From Oscillospiraceae bacterium (GTDB lineage: Bacteria > Bacillota > Clostridia > Oscillospirales > CAG-272): DNA of 64,000 nucleotides. Under the pieces are notes generated by a model. It was not told where the DNA came from, ran no database searches, and worked only from the letters and a program-made list of their open reading frames with translations. Positions 55,605 to 64,000 of this stretch are shown one piece after another (within the stretch, counting starts at the first letter, position 1; each line of letters opens with the position of its first letter). A program made the translations under genes and the position numbers. The stretch covers positions 9,145 to 73,144 of the forward strand of contig SVSX01000003.1 in assembly GCA_015064085.1 (NCBI GenBank), given 5' to 3'.

Positions 55605-55681
55605 TGGCGTGCCTTAAGGGATTCGAACCCCCGACCTACTGCTTAGAAGGCAGTTGCTCTATCCGGCTGAGCTAAAGGCAC
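55605..55681 (-). tRNA. tRNA-Arg (TCT), encoded CCA
   Basis: Acceptor GTGCCTT/AAGGCAC, anticodon stem-loop ACTGC-CTTCTAA-GCAGT, T-loop TTCGAAT. Confidence 0.85.
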
Positions 55682-55719
55682 ATCTTGAATAAATGGCGCA
55701 TCATCGTGCGCCATTTAGA

Positions 55720-55793
<74 letters not shown>

Positions 55794-55822
55794 ATATAAG
55801 TGTTACTCAAAACTGCCTTAAT

Positions 55823-55851
55823 ATAATATCATAAAGATTCTCCTTTGTCAA
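55823..55851 (-). promoter_or_regulatory. promoter of the tRNA Gly-Arg-His operon
   Basis: Minus strand TTGACA (55851-55846), 17 nt, TGa-TATTAT (55828-55823). Confidence 0.6.
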
Positions 55852-55899
55852 TAGCTTTTTGAAAAAATTTTTAGTTTTTTTTGTTTTTTTCAAAATCTA

Positions 55900-55928
55900 T
55901 TGCCTAAGGGGGTTTTATATGGTACAAT
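55900..55928 (+). promoter_or_regulatory. extended -10 promoter upstream of yqeG
   Basis: TTGCCT, 17 nt, TGg-TACAAT (55923-55928). Divergent from the tRNA promoter. Confidence 0.5.
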
Positions 55929-55960
55929 AAGGTGAAAATAAACTTGTAAGGAAGCTGAAT

Positions 55961-56494
55961 ATGTCTAAGAAAAGCTATTCTCTTAAATATCTTTTGACAC
56001 CCGACTATATGTTTGAAACCTTTGATAAGATCACACCCGAATTTTTGGAGAGCATAGGTGTCAAAGCATTGCTGATAGATATAGATAACACCCTTGCTCC
56101 CTACGAGCAGCCCGAGCCCGACGACAGAATAAGAGGCTGGTTTGACCGACTTCAAGGTAGAGGGATCAAGGCGTCACTTATATCCAACAACCACCCACCG
56201 AGAGTCGAGCTTTTTAACCGTACGTTGGGGCTTGACGCATATCCCGACAGCGGAAAGCCGAAGGCGCGTACTCTTCTGATCGCAATGGAGAAAATGGGCT
56301 CGGACAGAAGCAATACCGCGGTCATAGGAGATCAGCTCCTCACAGACGCGCTGGCGGCGCACAATCTTGGACTTAAGGCGCTGATAGTTCCGCCTATAAA
56401 GGATAAGACCACCCCATTCTTTAAATTCAAGAGATGGATAGAGAAGCCGTATATAAAAAGATATTGGAAATTGCAGAAAGAGGAAAAGAAATGA
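55961..56494 (+). CDS. yqeG: YqeG family HAD-IIIA phosphatase
   Basis: DIDNTL motif I, SNN motif II, GDQLLTD motif IV. 177 aa. Confidence 0.85.
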   Translation: MSKKSYSLKYLLTPDYMFETFDKITPEFLESIGVKALLIDIDNTLAPYEQPEPDDRIRGWFDRLQGRGIKASLISNNHPPRVELFNRTLGLDAYPDSGKPKARTLLIAMEKMGSDRSNTAVIGDQLLTDALAAHNLGLKALIVPPIKDKTTPFFKFKRWIEKPYIKRYWKLQKEEKK

Positions 56495-57354
56495 TAATTG
56501 ACAGACCTACCTTCGGTCCTGGAGGAAACAGTGAGTCCTTCTACGCGGAAGGCAACAAGGGGACGGTAAACGCCCCGAAATGGGTTAAGGAAAAGGGACT
56601 TGACGCCTATGAATTTGAGGCAGGTAACGGGCTTAACGCAACAGAGCCAACACTGCGCAAGATAGGCGAGGAGGCTAAGGCTCACGGGGTGCTTATGTCA
56701 CTGCACACTCCGTATTTTATCTCGCTTTCGGGTATCGAAGAGGAAAAAAGACTTCGCAGCCTTGATTATATAAGGAAGTCTTTGTGGGCGGCGGAGCTCC
56801 TTGGAGCGGATACTATTGTTGTTCACAGCGGAAGCGCCGCTAAAATAAGCCGCGAGGAGGCTATGGCATTGGCATCTGACACACTGAGAAGAGCCGCTCT
56901 GGAGTTTGCCGACACCTCTGTGCATATAGGGCTTGAAACTATGGGAAAAATAAACCAGCTGGGAACTCTTGAAGAGGTGCTGGCCTTGTGTGAAATCTCT
57001 CCAATATTCCATCCTGTTGTGGATTTCGGACATATGAACGCGAGAAATATCGGCGGTTATTTTACCGACATTGACAGCTACAGAGCGGTTTTTGACAAGA
57101 TAGGAGACCGTCTCGGCGAGGCATACGTGAAAAATCTTCACTGCCATTTCTCAAAGATCGAATACACCAAGGCGGGTGAGAAGAAGCATCTGACCTTTGC
57201 TGACAGCGAGTACGGACCTGAGTTTGAGCCCCTTGCTGAGGCAATAGTGAGAGAGGGCGTTTGTCCGAGGATAATCTGCGAGTCGGACGGAACGATGGCT
57301 GAGGATGCTCTCCGTATGAAAATGCTGTGGCAGAGCGCCGTGGGAGGAAATTGA
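56491..57354 (+). CDS. TIM-barrel AP endonuclease family 2 (endonuclease IV-like) protein
   Basis: Start MIIDRP overlaps the yqeG stop (ATGA). Pattern YEFEAG...LHTPYFISL...VVHSG...GLETMG...DFGHMNA...HCHFS. Confidence 0.7.
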   Translation: MIIDRPTFGPGGNSESFYAEGNKGTVNAPKWVKEKGLDAYEFEAGNGLNATEPTLRKIGEEAKAHGVLMSLHTPYFISLSGIEEEKRLRSLDYIRKSLWAAELLGADTIVVHSGSAAKISREEAMALASDTLRRAALEFADTSVHIGLETMGKINQLGTLEEVLALCEISPIFHPVVDFGHMNARNIGGYFTDIDSYRAVFDKIGDRLGEAYVKNLHCHFSKIEYTKAGEKKHLTFADSEYGPEFEPLAEAIVREGVCPRIICESDGTMAEDALRMKMLWQSAVGGN

Positions 57355-57355
57355 A

Positions 57356-58444
57356 ATGAACAGAATGCTTGATGGACTCAGAAAAGAGCTCATAGAAAAC
57401 AAAGGTGACTCGGTGCTGATCTCGTCAAATATAAACCAGAGATACGTGTCGGAATTTGATTTCAGCGACGGATATATTTTTGTCCTTCAAAACAAGGCAT
57501 ACGTTATTACCGATTTCAGGTACGTAGAGGCGGCAAAGGCTTCGGTGGATCAGAAGGAGTTTACCGTAGTTTGCGCAAAGGGCTCGATGATCGGTGAGAT
57601 AATGAGGATCGCCGAGGAAGAGGGCGTATATAACATCTTTATTGAGGAAATGAGCGTCTCCTGCGGAATGCACGAGCGTTTTCGGAGTGAGCTAAGCTGT
57701 AACTTTAAGCTCAGCTTCGGAGCGTCGGCGGCTTTTAGTAAGCTCAGGGCAGAGAAGAGCGACAGCGAGCTTTTGAAGATCGCTAAGGCTCAAGCGGTTA
57801 CAGATAAGGCGTTTGAGCATATTCTCAAGGTGCTTGATCCGAAAATGACCGAGATCGACGTGGCGCTTGAGCTCGAGTTCTTTATGAGAAGAAACGGAGC
57901 TGAGGGACTTGCCTTTGATACTATTGCCGTGTCGGGCAGCGCCTCTTCATTGCCTCACGGTGTTCCGAGGAACGTTCAGCTTGAGAAGGGATTTTTAACG
58001 ATGGATTTCGGTGCTCGTGTTGACGGATACTGCTCGGATATGACCCGAACTGTCGTTATCGGACGTGCCGATGATGAGATGAAGCGGCTTTACAACACAG
58101 TGCTTACGGCACAGCGCGCGGCGCTTGATTTCCTCGCTGAGGGAGTGGTCTGCCGTCAGGTGGATAAAATAGCCCGTGATATTATAAATTCCGCGGGGTA
58201 CGAGGGTTGCTTCGGACACAGCCTCGGTCACGGTATCGGGATGGTGGTACACGAAGCCCCGAGATTTGCCCCATCCGCTCACGAAAGCTCCTTGCTCTCA
58301 AGGGGAAACGTTATGTCGGTCGAGCCCGGTATCTATATTGAGGGAAAATACGGCTGCCGTATCGAGGATATGATCGCCGTGAATTCCGAGGGTAAGGTCA
58401 TCAATATGACCCACTCCCCGAAGGAGCTTATTGAAATATACTAA
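57356..58444 (+). CDS. pepP: M24 family Xaa-Pro aminopeptidase
   Basis: Creatinase-like N-domain plus M24 metal ligands (DFGARVDGYCSDMTRT, GHSLGHGIG, SVEPGIY, CRIED). Confidence 0.88.
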   Translation: MNRMLDGLRKELIENKGDSVLISSNINQRYVSEFDFSDGYIFVLQNKAYVITDFRYVEAAKASVDQKEFTVVCAKGSMIGEIMRIAEEEGVYNIFIEEMSVSCGMHERFRSELSCNFKLSFGASAAFSKLRAEKSDSELLKIAKAQAVTDKAFEHILKVLDPKMTEIDVALELEFFMRRNGAEGLAFDTIAVSGSASSLPHGVPRNVQLEKGFLTMDFGARVDGYCSDMTRTVVIGRADDEMKRLYNTVLTAQRAALDFLAEGVVCRQVDKIARDIINSAGYEGCFGHSLGHGIGMVVHEAPRFAPSAHESSLLSRGNVMSVEPGIYIEGKYGCRIEDMIAVNSEGKVINMTHSPKELIEIY

Positions 58445-58522
58445 TGTAAAAAACAGAGTTAACTTGATCCCGAGGGGGAGTCGTTAACTCTGTTTTCTTG
58501 TTCTGAGATTGAATTCTTGGGG

Positions 58523-59155
58523 TTATTCCGCCATCTCCGCAAATCTGATCGAGCTTATAATAACAGCCTTCTTAGGCATATCGTTTGAGTTTGTGGCAAC
58601 CCCTGCGATCTCGTCAACTACCTCTATACCCGCAACGGTGAATCCGAAAGCGGCGTACTCTCCGTCAAGGTGAGGAGAGGTCTGGTGCATAATAAAGAAC
58701 TGAGAGGACGCGGAGTCCTTAACGTTTGTACGAGCCATAGAAATGACGCCTCTTACGTGTTTAAGGTTGTTTTCAAAGCCGTTGCTTGAGAACTCGCCCT
58801 TGATAGTGTCGGCATCCTTTTCACTGTATTCCTGAGTGATACCGCCGCCCTGGATCATAAAGCCCTCTATAACGCGGTGGAAGATGAGTCCGTCGTAGAA
58901 TTTTTTGGAGACGAGCTTCTTGAAGTTTTCAACGGTTTCGGGGGCAACGTCGGGGAAGAGTCTGACAACGATCTTTCCGTAGCTTCCAACGTCGATAATG
59001 ACGTAGTCGGTCTCTTTGTCTGTTTCGGTGAATTTGCTTATATCCACCTGACTGAAATCAAGGTCTTCGTGAGCGGGGGGAACGCGCTCCTCGCAGGATG
59101 TAAGCGGAAGCGCTATCATCAGTATTGCGATGACGATGCAAAAAAATCTTTTCAT
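58523..59155 (-). CDS. cyclophilin-type peptidyl-prolyl isomerase, lipoprotein
   Basis: Lipobox LTSC. FHRVIEGFMIQGG and SQFFI motifs. Confidence 0.88.
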   Translation of the reverse strand: MKRFFCIVIAILMIALPLTSCEERVPPAHEDLDFSQVDISKFTETDKETDYVIIDVGSYGKIVVRLFPDVAPETVENFKKLVSKKFYDGLIFHRVIEGFMIQGGGITQEYSEKDADTIKGEFSSNGFENNLKHVRGVISMARTNVKDSASSQFFIMHQTSPHLDGEYAAFGFTVAGIEVVDEIAGVATNSNDMPKKAVIISSIRFAEMAE

Positions 59156-59292
59156 ATCGAATTCCTTTCGAAAAATATTTTAACTATATCATTTTAACAG
59201 ATATTCTCCTCTTTGTCAATAAAATTTATAAAAATGAAATATTTTGCCATAAGGACAACATAATAATTAGGTATAAAATCAAAGGAGGAAAT

Positions 59293-60384
59293 ATGGAGAG
59301 GAGAGGATATGGCGACCTTGCGGCGCGTCTTTTTTGTATTATTTGCGGGATCTTGCTTTTGTGGTTTGTTTTCGAATATGCGCTCGGAATAATCTTGCCG
59401 TTTTTTTTCGCCTTATGTGTGGGCGTACCGATATACAGAGCCTCGGGGGTCATATCGAAAAGGATAGGACTTCACAGAAGGCTTTGCGCTTTGCTTTTGC
59501 TTGTCTCGGTCATCTTTGCGGTCGGGGCTGTTATTTATCTTGCGCTGAACCGACTTTTCAGAGAGATCGAGGAGCTAGTTATCTGGGCACGAGAGGATAG
59601 CGGGGGTGTGAGTGAGATGGTCGGTGTTGTCTTCGGATACGTTGAGGATATTTCCTCGAAGATCCCTTTCATAAAAGAGATAGAGGAGATCGGCGGTGTG
59701 GAGAATTTTGGCGAGAGCATAAACAACGCTCTCGGCGGAGTGTTCAACAGATTTGTGGATATGCTGACAACCAATCTTCCCCTTTGGGCGGTGAATGTAA
59801 TAAAGAATACCCCGAAGGTCATAATAACGCTGCTTGTGAGCGTAATATCCTGCTTTTATTTTGCCCTTGATTACGGACGGGTCCGTGAGGCGGTGCTCGA
59901 GATCTTTTCTGCGAACACGAGAGGGAAGGCGGAGCGCTACGTTGCGCTTGTGTCTGCCGCGCTAAAGAAATATGCCAAGGCATATATTCTCATAATGCTT
60001 CTGACCTTTCTCGAGGTCTTTGTGGGGCTGTTGGTCCTTGGCAACCGCTATGCGTTCGTAGTCGCTTTTATTGTTGCGATCGTTGATATCTTGCCTGTAT
60101 TCGGAGCGGGAACTGTTCTTCTGCCTTGGGCTCTTGTTTCCCTCGCGGCCGGTAACAGAGGTATGGGGGTGGGGCTTCTTATCCTTTACGGAGTTGTTAC
60201 AATTGTCAGACAGATAGCAGAGCCGAGGATCGTGGGCTCAAGTCTCGGTATTCACCCTTGCATCACGCTCTTTACAATGTTCGCGGGGCTGAAGCTCTTC
60301 GGCGTCGCGGGAATGATATTAGGGCCTGCCGCGTTATTGCTGATCGTTGAGATCTCGGGCGTTGGAGCTAAAAGGCTTGAGTGA
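59293..60384 (+). CDS. ytvI: sporulation integral membrane protein YtvI (AI-2E/PerM family)
   Basis: AAAGGAGG RBS. Polytopic AI-2E family pattern with a YtvI-like N-terminus. 363 aa. Confidence 0.75.
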   Translation: MERRGYGDLAARLFCIICGILLLWFVFEYALGIILPFFFALCVGVPIYRASGVISKRIGLHRRLCALLLLVSVIFAVGAVIYLALNRLFREIEELVIWAREDSGGVSEMVGVVFGYVEDISSKIPFIKEIEEIGGVENFGESINNALGGVFNRFVDMLTTNLPLWAVNVIKNTPKVIITLLVSVISCFYFALDYGRVREAVLEIFSANTRGKAERYVALVSAALKKYAKAYILIMLLTFLEVFVGLLVLGNRYAFVVAFIVAIVDILPVFGAGTVLLPWALVSLAAGNRGMGVGLLILYGVVTIVRQIAEPRIVGSSLGIHPCITLFTMFAGLKLFGVAGMILGPAALLLIVEISGVGAKRLE

Positions 60385-60431
60385 CCGTGGAGTCCGAGAC
60401 ATATTTATACATCTATGAAATGCAGACTAAA

Positions 60432-60476
60432 AAAGCACTTATGACGGCGAATGAGAATCGCTTGTCATAAGTGCTG
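60432..60476. terminator. bidirectional terminator between ytvI and the convergent hypothetical gene
   Basis: AGCACTTATGAC ... GTCATAAGTGCT 12-bp stem flanked by an A-run and a T-rich tract. Confidence 0.7.
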
Positions 60477-60480
60477 TTTG

Positions 60481-61278
60481 TTATAGGTTTATTTCGGGGA
60501 CGTTATCGTCGCCGTGCTCTTCCATCCAGTCAAGAGCAACGTCGTAAGCCTCGTAGTCGAGATCTGCCATAGTGTTCGTGTGGAAGACAACGCCTTCGGC
60601 TTCTCCCTTCATTATCTTGTCATAGGCAAAATCAAGCTGGAATTTTACCGCATCGGCGGTAGCCTGCTTATTTTCGCCGAAATTGTACAGATAAAGACCT
60701 ATCATACGGCGTGTGTTAGGGGTGTATTTTTTCAATATTTCGAATTTTTCGGGGATCAGCGGAACGTCGCGTTCCTTCCAAGTCCACATAATTATGCCGT
60801 CAAAGGCATCCATATACGGCTGAAAATCCGCGTCGTCCTTTTCGTCCTTTCCAAATTGGTTGGTGTATAACACCATCCAAACGTCAAGCGGCTTTACTTC
60901 ATTATTGTGTGCGCGGTCTATTGCTTTATAAAGATTGTCTATTGATATCTGATCGCAAAAGGGACCCTTGAAATCGTCGAAGACAACGCAGTTTATATTG
61001 GTAAATTCCTTTGCTTCCTCGAGTAATACACCAAGGCTTTCGGTTCCGTCAAGAGCCGAATTATTGCACTCCCAGCCGACGCTTCTGAGCCTTTTGAAGG
61101 ATTTGTTATACTGACGTCTGTTGATCTCCCACTCGACCGGCACCATAAAGGTATTGCGTATCCCGAGATAGCTGCAGAATTCCATAGGGGTCATTCTTGA
61201 CTCTCTCTCGTTTCCAAACAAGCCGTTGTATCTGCCCTCGGGATGGCCCCAAAGCCAACATAGATCTCTGAATTTCAT
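60481..61278 (-). CDS. hypothetical cytoplasmic protein, 265 aa
   Basis: AAGGGAG RBS and a consensus promoter upstream. No motif I can name. Confidence 0.6.
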   Translation of the reverse strand: MKFRDLCWLWGHPEGRYNGLFGNERESRMTPMEFCSYLGIRNTFMVPVEWEINRRQYNKSFKRLRSVGWECNNSALDGTESLGVLLEEAKEFTNINCVVFDDFKGPFCDQISIDNLYKAIDRAHNNEVKPLDVWMVLYTNQFGKDEKDDADFQPYMDAFDGIIMWTWKERDVPLIPEKFEILKKYTPNTRRMIGLYLYNFGENKQATADAVKFQLDFAYDKIMKGEAEGVVFHTNTMADLDYEAYDVALDWMEEHGDDNVPEINL

Positions 61279-61320
61279 TGTTGTTCTCCCTTCTTTGCTT
61301 CTGCAAATTTATCTTAAATC

Positions 61321-61377
61321 ATTATAAATCAACAAAAAGGATTTGTCAATGTCTTCGAAAAAATTCTTCGAAAAAAT
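61321..61377 (-). promoter_or_regulatory. consensus promoter with an abutting perfect 13-bp tandem repeat
   Basis: Minus strand TTGACA (61349-61344), 17 nt, TATAAT (61326-61321). TCTTCGAAAAAAT occurs twice in tandem at 61352-61377, directly upstream of the -35 box. Confidence 0.6.
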
Positions 61378-61453
61378 ACTGTTGACAGATATTAATTTGT
61401 TTTTTTACCGAAGGTTCAAACGATCATATCCGTAAAGCAGGCGGTTTGATTTC

Positions 61454-62377
61454 TTAAGTGAAGAGCTCTGTTGAAAGATATCTGTCTCCCGTGTCGGGGA
61501 GGATAACGGCGATGCGGATATTTTTGTGCTCGGGTTTTGAAGCGAGGCTTATCGCCGCGGAGAGTGCCGCCCCCGAGCTTATTCCGCAGAGCAGACCCTC
61601 GGTCCTTGCAAGCTTTCTTGCGGCGGAGTAGGCTTCCTCCTCGGTAACGGCTATTATTTCATCAATAAGATCTCTGTCAAGATTTTCGGGAACGAAGTTC
61701 GCGCCTATTCCCTGAATTCCGTGAGCGCCCGCGTATCCCTTGGAGAGCAGGGGAGAGGCAGCGGGCTCGACAGCTACGATCTTTATTTCGGGATTCTTTT
61801 CCTTGAGGTATCTTGCGCAGCCCGAAAGTGTGCCTCCCGTGCCGACACAAGCTACGAATATATCGATATTTTCCTCGGAATCCTCCCATATCTCGGGAGC
61901 GGTGGACTCGGTGTGCGCCTTCGGATTTGCGGGATTGTCAAACTGAGAGGGAATGAAGCCTCCCTCTATGGTTGCCGCAAGCTCCTCTGCCTTTGCGATA
62001 GCGCCCTTCATTCCGAGCGCTCCCTCGGTCAGGACTATCTCAGCGCCGTACGCCGCAAGAAGCCGTCTGCGCTCAATGCTCATTGTCTCGGGCATTGTGA
62101 GGATCGCTCTGTATCCCTTTGACGCCGCAATGGCGGCAAGTCCTATTCCCGTATTTCCGCTGGTTGGCTCTATTATGACCGAGCCTTCCCTGAGCAATCC
62201 TTTTTCCTCGGCATCCTCTATCATTGAGAGGGCAACGCGATCCTTGATGCTTCCCGCGGGATTGAGGTATTCGAGCTTCAGAAGAAGCTGAGCCTTGAGC
62301 TCGAGAGACTCGGTGAGGTTTTCGGGGCAGAAAAGGGGGGTTTTTCCGATCAGCTCGGAGATCTTTGAATAAATCAT
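61454..62377 (-). CDS. cysK: cysteine synthase A (O-acetylserine sulfhydrylase)
   Basis: Start MIYSKISELIGKTPL. PLP-lysine context NPAGSIKDR, and GTGGT loop (VGTGGTLSG). Confidence 0.92.
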   Translation of the reverse strand: MIYSKISELIGKTPLFCPENLTESLELKAQLLLKLEYLNPAGSIKDRVALSMIEDAEEKGLLREGSVIIEPTSGNTGIGLAAIAASKGYRAILTMPETMSIERRRLLAAYGAEIVLTEGALGMKGAIAKAEELAATIEGGFIPSQFDNPANPKAHTESTAPEIWEDSEENIDIFVACVGTGGTLSGCARYLKEKNPEIKIVAVEPAASPLLSKGYAGAHGIQGIGANFVPENLDRDLIDEIIAVTEEEAYSAARKLARTEGLLCGISSGAALSAAISLASKPEHKNIRIAVILPDTGDRYLSTELFT

Positions 62378-62443
62378 AAATTTTCCTTTCAGAATAAAAA
62401 GTAAATAACCGTACATAGCGGTGAGAACTATGCACGGTTAAGA

Positions 62444-62704
62444 TTACATATTGTTGATAGCTTTTGTGAACTGGCTCTTTTTGCGTGCAGCAGCATTCTT
62501 ATGAATGATTCCGCGTGCAGCAGCCTGGTCTATTTTCTTTACTGCAGCCTTGTATGCAGCCTGAGCAGCGGCATTGTCGCCGGATGCGAGAGCAGCCTGA
62601 TACTTCTTGATGTCAGTCTTGAGCTGAGTGCGGAACATCTTGTTTCTGAGTGTTTTTGTTTCAGTAACGATAACACGCTTCTTTGCACTTTTAATATTCG
62701 GCAT
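62444..62704 (-). CDS. rpsT: 30S ribosomal protein S20
   Basis: MPNIKSAKKRV... basic 86-aa protein with GGAGG RBS. Confidence 0.93.
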   Translation of the reverse strand: MPNIKSAKKRVIVTETKTLRNKMFRTQLKTDIKKYQAALASGDNAAAQAAYKAAVKKIDQAAARGIIHKNAAARKKSQFTKAINNM

Positions 62705-62865
62705 TGATATTCACCTCCGTAAAAATCATTAGTGTCTGGGCGGCTTGCCTGAGAGGATGCGCACCGCCTTCATCCATACAGTTACATATCATATCACAAA
62801 ATTCTTATAATTGCAATAGGTTTTTAAAAATTTTTTTGAAAAAGTTATTTTTTTCTTAAAAAGGC

Positions 62866-62894
62866 TTGACAACTTGAAATAAACGTGCTATAAT
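62866..62894 (+). promoter_or_regulatory. consensus sigma-A promoter with AT-rich UP-like region, upstream of rpoB
   Basis: TTGACA (62866-62871), 17 nt, TATAAT (62889-62894). Preceded by a long A/T run. About 240-nt leader to rpoB. Confidence 0.7.
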
Positions 62895-63134
62895 TGTAAA
62901 CTGCATTATAATGCCACATCTATCGGATAGATGGATTTGGCAGGTGTTTGTTTCGTTATAATATATATACGGATTTTTGTCGTAGCATGTCAAAAACCGC
63001 CGTTTTGTCCGCGTCCTTGGGTTTTGAAGGCTTGTGGACAGGGCAGAGCCGAAAAAACAATTATAGCGGCGCAAGCATTCGCCCCGCGGGTTTGATCCGC
63101 AGTGCAAAGTATTTTGAATGGAGTGATTGAATTA

Positions 63135-64000
63135 ATGGTCAATGTAAAAGAGCAGAAGCTTGGTCAGAACACAAGAATGAGCTTTTCAAGATCCCGTTTT
63201 TCTCTCGATCTTCCCAATCTGGTGGAGGTTCAGACAAAATCCTTCAAGTGGTTCTTTGAGGAAGGACTTATGGAGGTGCTCAGAGACGTATCTCCCATAA
63301 CCGACTACTCGGGAAATCTTGTTATCGAGTTCGTCTCCTACTCTATCGATTCCAAGCCGAAATATTCGGTTGAGGAATGTAAGGAGAGAGACGTTAACTA
63401 CGCAGCCCCCTTGAAGGTGAACGTTCGTCTGACAAACAAGCAGACGGGTGAGGTCAAGCAGACCGACATCTTTATGGGCGAGTTCCCGATTATGACTGAA
63501 ACGGGTACGTTCGTTATCAACGGCGCTGAGAGAGTTATCGTATCCCAGATAATCCGTTCTCCCGGAATGTATTATTCGTCCGATATCGACAAGACGGGTA
63601 AGGAGACCTACGCGGCAACGGTTATCCCCTACCGCGGAGCGTGGCTTGAATACGACATTGACGTGAACGGCGTTATGTACGTTCGTATAGACAAGAACCG
63701 CAAACTGCCCTTGACTATGTTTATAAGAGCGCTTGGCGTTGAGTCGAGAGAGGATATCTCTGCCCTCTTTGGAGAAGAGGAGAGTCTTATTCCCACCTTT
63801 GAGAAGGATGAAAGTGAAGCTCTCGCGCTCAGCAATCATTCGACGATAGGCGTTGAAGCCCTCAAGGAGATCTATAAGAAGCTCCGTCCCGGTGAGCCTC
63901 CTCTCGTTGAGTCTGCGCAGACCCTCATCAATAACTATTTCTTCGACGCGAGAAGATATGACATTGCTCCCGTCGGACGCTATAAATTCGATAAGAAGGT
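63135..64000 (+). CDS. rpoB: DNA-directed RNA polymerase subunit beta, N-terminal part (continues beyond window)
   Basis: Hand translation [45 protein letters not shown]...[19 protein letters not shown]. No stop before the window end, so it is absent from the ORF track. Confidence 0.92.
   Translation, partial: MVNVKEQKLGQNTRMSFSRSRFSLDLPNLVEVQTKSFKWFFEEGLMEVLRDVSPITDYSGNLVIEFVSYSIDSKPKYSVEECKERDVNYAAPLKVNVRLTNKQTGEVKQTDIFMGEFPIMTETGTFVINGAERVIVSQIIRSPGMYYSSDIDKTGKETYAATVIPYRGAWLEYDIDVNGVMYVRIDKNRKLPLTMFIRALGVESREDISALFGEEESLIPTFEKDESEALALSNHSTIGVEALKEIYKKLRPGEPPLVESAQTLINNYFFDARRYDIAPVGRYKFDKK

Noticed and set aside
63186-63839. 217-aa minus-strand ORF
   Set aside because: It lies antisense to the unmistakable N-terminus of rpoB, which is missing from the ORF track only because it runs off the window.

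Overview
This window looks like a chromosomal segment of an endospore-forming Bacillota (Clostridia-like) organism. Supporting genes are cotJABC, ytvI, an Rnf complex, a T-box leader and a split transketolase. Most of it is housekeeping: alr, ddh, apbE plus rnfCDGEAB, transketolase, a T-box-controlled cysE-cysS, three tandem M42 peptidases, comM/yifB, queH, sufC/sufBD, rny, a tRNA Gly-Arg-His operon, pepP, cysK, rpsT and the 5' part of rpoB. Four regions deserve a second look. (1) A 13-kb, seven-gene cassette at 40.2-53.5 kb. It encodes a 1142-aa solute-binding protein fused to two CBM-like modules, two separate MalF/MalG-type permease pairs, an NHL-propeller/TPR/Yip1 membrane protein and a 1196-aa secreted protein. 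It has no ATPase, regulator or recognisable glycoside hydrolase. This is my best candidate for an uncharacterised system. (2) A flavinylation/Rnf supercluster at 7.3-15.9 kb. It contains a tandem FMN_bind-like lipoprotein with G-C-T in place of G-A-T, a doubled RnfG, a Cys-rich RnfE tail, and NusG-II/Gx-transporter genes. (3) A structured repeat element present twice. The 256-bp copy at 309-564 is an exact internal-deletion form of the 1058-bp copy at 33099-34156. The long copy carries a JAB/RadC-like ORF and an overlapping small ORF but no recognisable transposase. (4) An AT-rich island at about 31.5-35.3 kb of orphan genes. It includes an LRR gene bracketed by 96-bp perfect direct repeats made from the 3' end of cotJC. 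I saw no CRISPR array, integrase, transposase or canonical defence gene. All functional calls come from reading motifs in the supplied translations; no database search was possible.
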